Part shown: one piece after another, positions 59,993 to 62,218 of the stretch
Numbering within the stretch: the stretch's first letter is position 1
Layout of the letters: the number at the start of each line of letters is the position of its first letter
Source of the DNA: Phoronis australis
Taxonomy: Eukaryota; Animalia; Phoronida
Direction of reading: 5' to 3'
Assembly: GCA_002633005.1 (NCBI GenBank)
Contig: NMRA01001060.1
Location: forward strand, 1 to 62,218
Length of the DNA: 62,218 bases
Program-made: the position numbers and the translations under genes
Notes under the pieces: generated by a model
The model's database searches: none
Seen by the model: only the letters and a program-made list of their open reading frames with translations
Told to the model about the DNA's origin: nothing

Positions 59993-60112
59993 TAGTGGTC
60001 TCTGATTCTGAGAACCAGGTAATCACTAACCATGTGCATGCTGTTCATTTATCTGTGTGAGTAACACCTGTTATGCAGTGGGTGAAACTGGTTCTCAAAA
60101 TCAAGGACTACT
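59993..60112. mobile_element. Palindromic MITE, family copy 3
   Basis: ctgattctgagaaccagg ... ctggttctcaaaatcaagg. Confidence 0.55.
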
Positions 60113-60160
60113 ACTGACTAAGGTGCGAACTGCGTCAATGTTCTGACTGCTGGGCAATAG

Positions 60161-61917
60161 TAGGGTGAGCAAACCAATATGGCGGAAATTCAGCAAGAGC
60201 GAAATTTTGCCATTTTTCATGATTTTCACAAGCTCATATCTATTAGCATACTAAGTGGTGGAAAATGAAAAGTATGCCAGTAAAATATTTATTTTTTCTT
60301 CTTTCTAATGATATCCATTACAAATAAATTGGACATTAATGAGTATTTTTAAAAATTGAAGTAAAGCGAGCACTTCACAATTTTTTCACTCACCGGTAAA
60401 TTCTTGTGACTTTCAGTAGGGGTCAAACTTTCAGCTGTTAAATGGCCGTTACTGAACCGATTTTAATGATATTTATATCAAACTGTTTGCTACAAAATTC
60501 TGCTTTCAACCCTGAGTGTACACTTTTTATTTTTTTGACAAAAATATGAGAAAATGTACTTTTTTTAATTTACTGCCTCGCCACTCTCTCACCTGGAAAA
60601 ATCCTGAAAGTGTACACTCAATGTCATAATCACTTATCATGTCCTAATCCATTCCTGATCAAATTTTTTCACTTCATCTCACCATTTCCATTTAGGAACA
60701 CTTCTAAAAAGGTAACTTCAGTCATTTTTCAAGAACCATGTTGACCTTTCCAGGGTTCAACCTAAACTCGAACCTGATTGGTCAAATGTATTCAACAGAA
60801 CCAGTCAAAACTTCTCTAAATTACAAAAAGTGGCCCAAACCTGGTAAAATATTTTCATTAAAATAATATAGAATAGTTTTAAAATTTAATTTACTTCAAT
60901 TTTGGGGATAGAGTCATTTTTTCCTATTTTCTTCAAAAATATTTTTTGTTACACTTTTACTACCTCGTGGGGGCGCTGTGATCAGTTTCATTTTTAGAAA
61001 ATTACATATTTCACCAAAATAAATGTTCAGTCAACGCTGCAGTGCATCAACACATTTTAGAATACAAATATGCTCTTTTTGGATAGTCACCAACACAACA
61101 CCTCTCAGTTTCTATATTATTTGATAGGAATGAAATGGATTTAAAATTTGTTGAAATTTTAGGGTCCAATTTAATTTTGTTTAATTAAAAATGCATATTA
61201 TCATTTTTTTGTCATTTTGTGTGCAATTTAAGATTGTGAAAACATTGATCTTACTTGGTAAAAAAGATTAATTAACATAACCTCACAGGTTTTTAAATAA
61301 ATAACGAAATACTCTGAAAAAGACTAGTTTTCTGGTTTTTGTTAATTTTGAATTCATTTGTTATGCAAATTTCATTTTTTAGAATTATTTCAAAATGTTT
61401 TGGAGCATAAGAAACATGTTCACTAAACCATAGTAATTCTTGAAGGGTTTTGTCATTTTCAAGGTAATAAGTTGCTGTCTTTTTAAAACATCACTTGTTC
61501 AACTTGGCTTCAGGGGCTAAAATGTCCGGTCACAAGCCGAAAAAAAACTAAGTCGATGGTGAATTTTTCAATTTTTGTTGTTCTTGTTCGTGCAAAATAT
61601 AATAATTTGTGGTTTGGTGTCTATGCCATCTTGTTAACCTACTTGCAAAGGACTCTCCATCTTGTTTTAAGAGCACTGTGAGCTATGGATTCCCAAATAT
61701 AGTTGTCTAAACTTGCCATTTTCTGTGGCCTGAAATTTCTGGGTGTCGTTTGCTGAAAAAAAGGCCATTTTTGAGGCTCTAAAATTCAAATAACTCGAGA
61801 ACCACCGAACCGATTTGAAAAATTCAAAAAGTTTTATAAACGGCATGTCTAAAGCTATCATTTAACACTCTTTTCAAGTGTTTCTGATGAAATTTGTATT
61901 TGGGTTTGCTCACCCTA
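60161..61917. mobile_element. Non-autonomous DNA transposon with TAG...CTA termini (possibly Academ-class)
   Basis: TIR TAGGGTGAGCAAACC ... GGTTTGCTCACCCTA (15/15); AT-rich, no ORF; no matching TSD visible. Confidence 0.7.
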
Positions 61918-62204
61918 CCTACGACGTCCGTCGGGTCCTCGTCGGACAGGCGTTTCACCGATTACACGCCGGTAGGCGTTTTCGTTCTCGCCTTCTCTCC
62001 TTCAATTCAGCACTTAAATCCCTCCTATCCCGCGAGCCCCACATTCATTTTTGGACTCACAAGGGAGGTTTCTGGGCTAACCCCAACCACCTCTACCGCC
62101 CCGACGTCATCCACTTTAACCACTCTGGCCTTCACAAACACGCCTTCAGCATTCGCGTGGCCATCGGTCACCACCTTCGTGAACTTGGCCTTCTCACCCT
62201 CTAG
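61918..62204 (+). pseudogene. C-terminal SGNH/GDSL-hydrolase-like fragment, probably retrotransposon-derived
   Basis: VRRVLVGQAFHR...FNSALKSLL..HIHFWTH..LYRPDVIHFNHSGLHKHAFSIR; DxxH(F/L)NxxG block V. GC-rich, abrupt start at the transposon end. Confidence 0.55.
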
Positions 62205-62218
62205 TCCCGCCCCNACTG

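Overview
Intron-rich animal (invertebrate-like) genomic DNA with one N-gap (57751-58363) and isolated N bases. Three housekeeping genes can be spliced by hand with consistent exon phases: MBTPS2/site-2 protease (-, 9 coding exons, 486 aa), EIF2S3/eIF2-gamma (+, 12 coding exons, 468 aa, head-to-head with MBTPS2) and an SFT2-domain vesicle-transport gene (-, 7 coding exons, 160 aa, tail-to-tail with EIF2S3). The most striking feature is a 3.2-kb piggyBac element with an intact 581-aa transposase. It sits inside an intronless arylamine N-acetyltransferase (NAT) gene and splits it into two still-open halves. The element has non-TTAA, non-identical flanks and a PGBD3-like exon-trap layout. The rest of the window holds transposon remnants: Academ with long TIRs and a 3-bp TSD, nested pogo-like and hAT elements, Penelope fragments, a degenerate hammerhead ribozyme, tRNA-derived heads, MITEs, minisatellites and an SGNH-hydrolase fragment. 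No prokaryotic-type system is present. Family assignments come from motif recognition only; no database searches were run.
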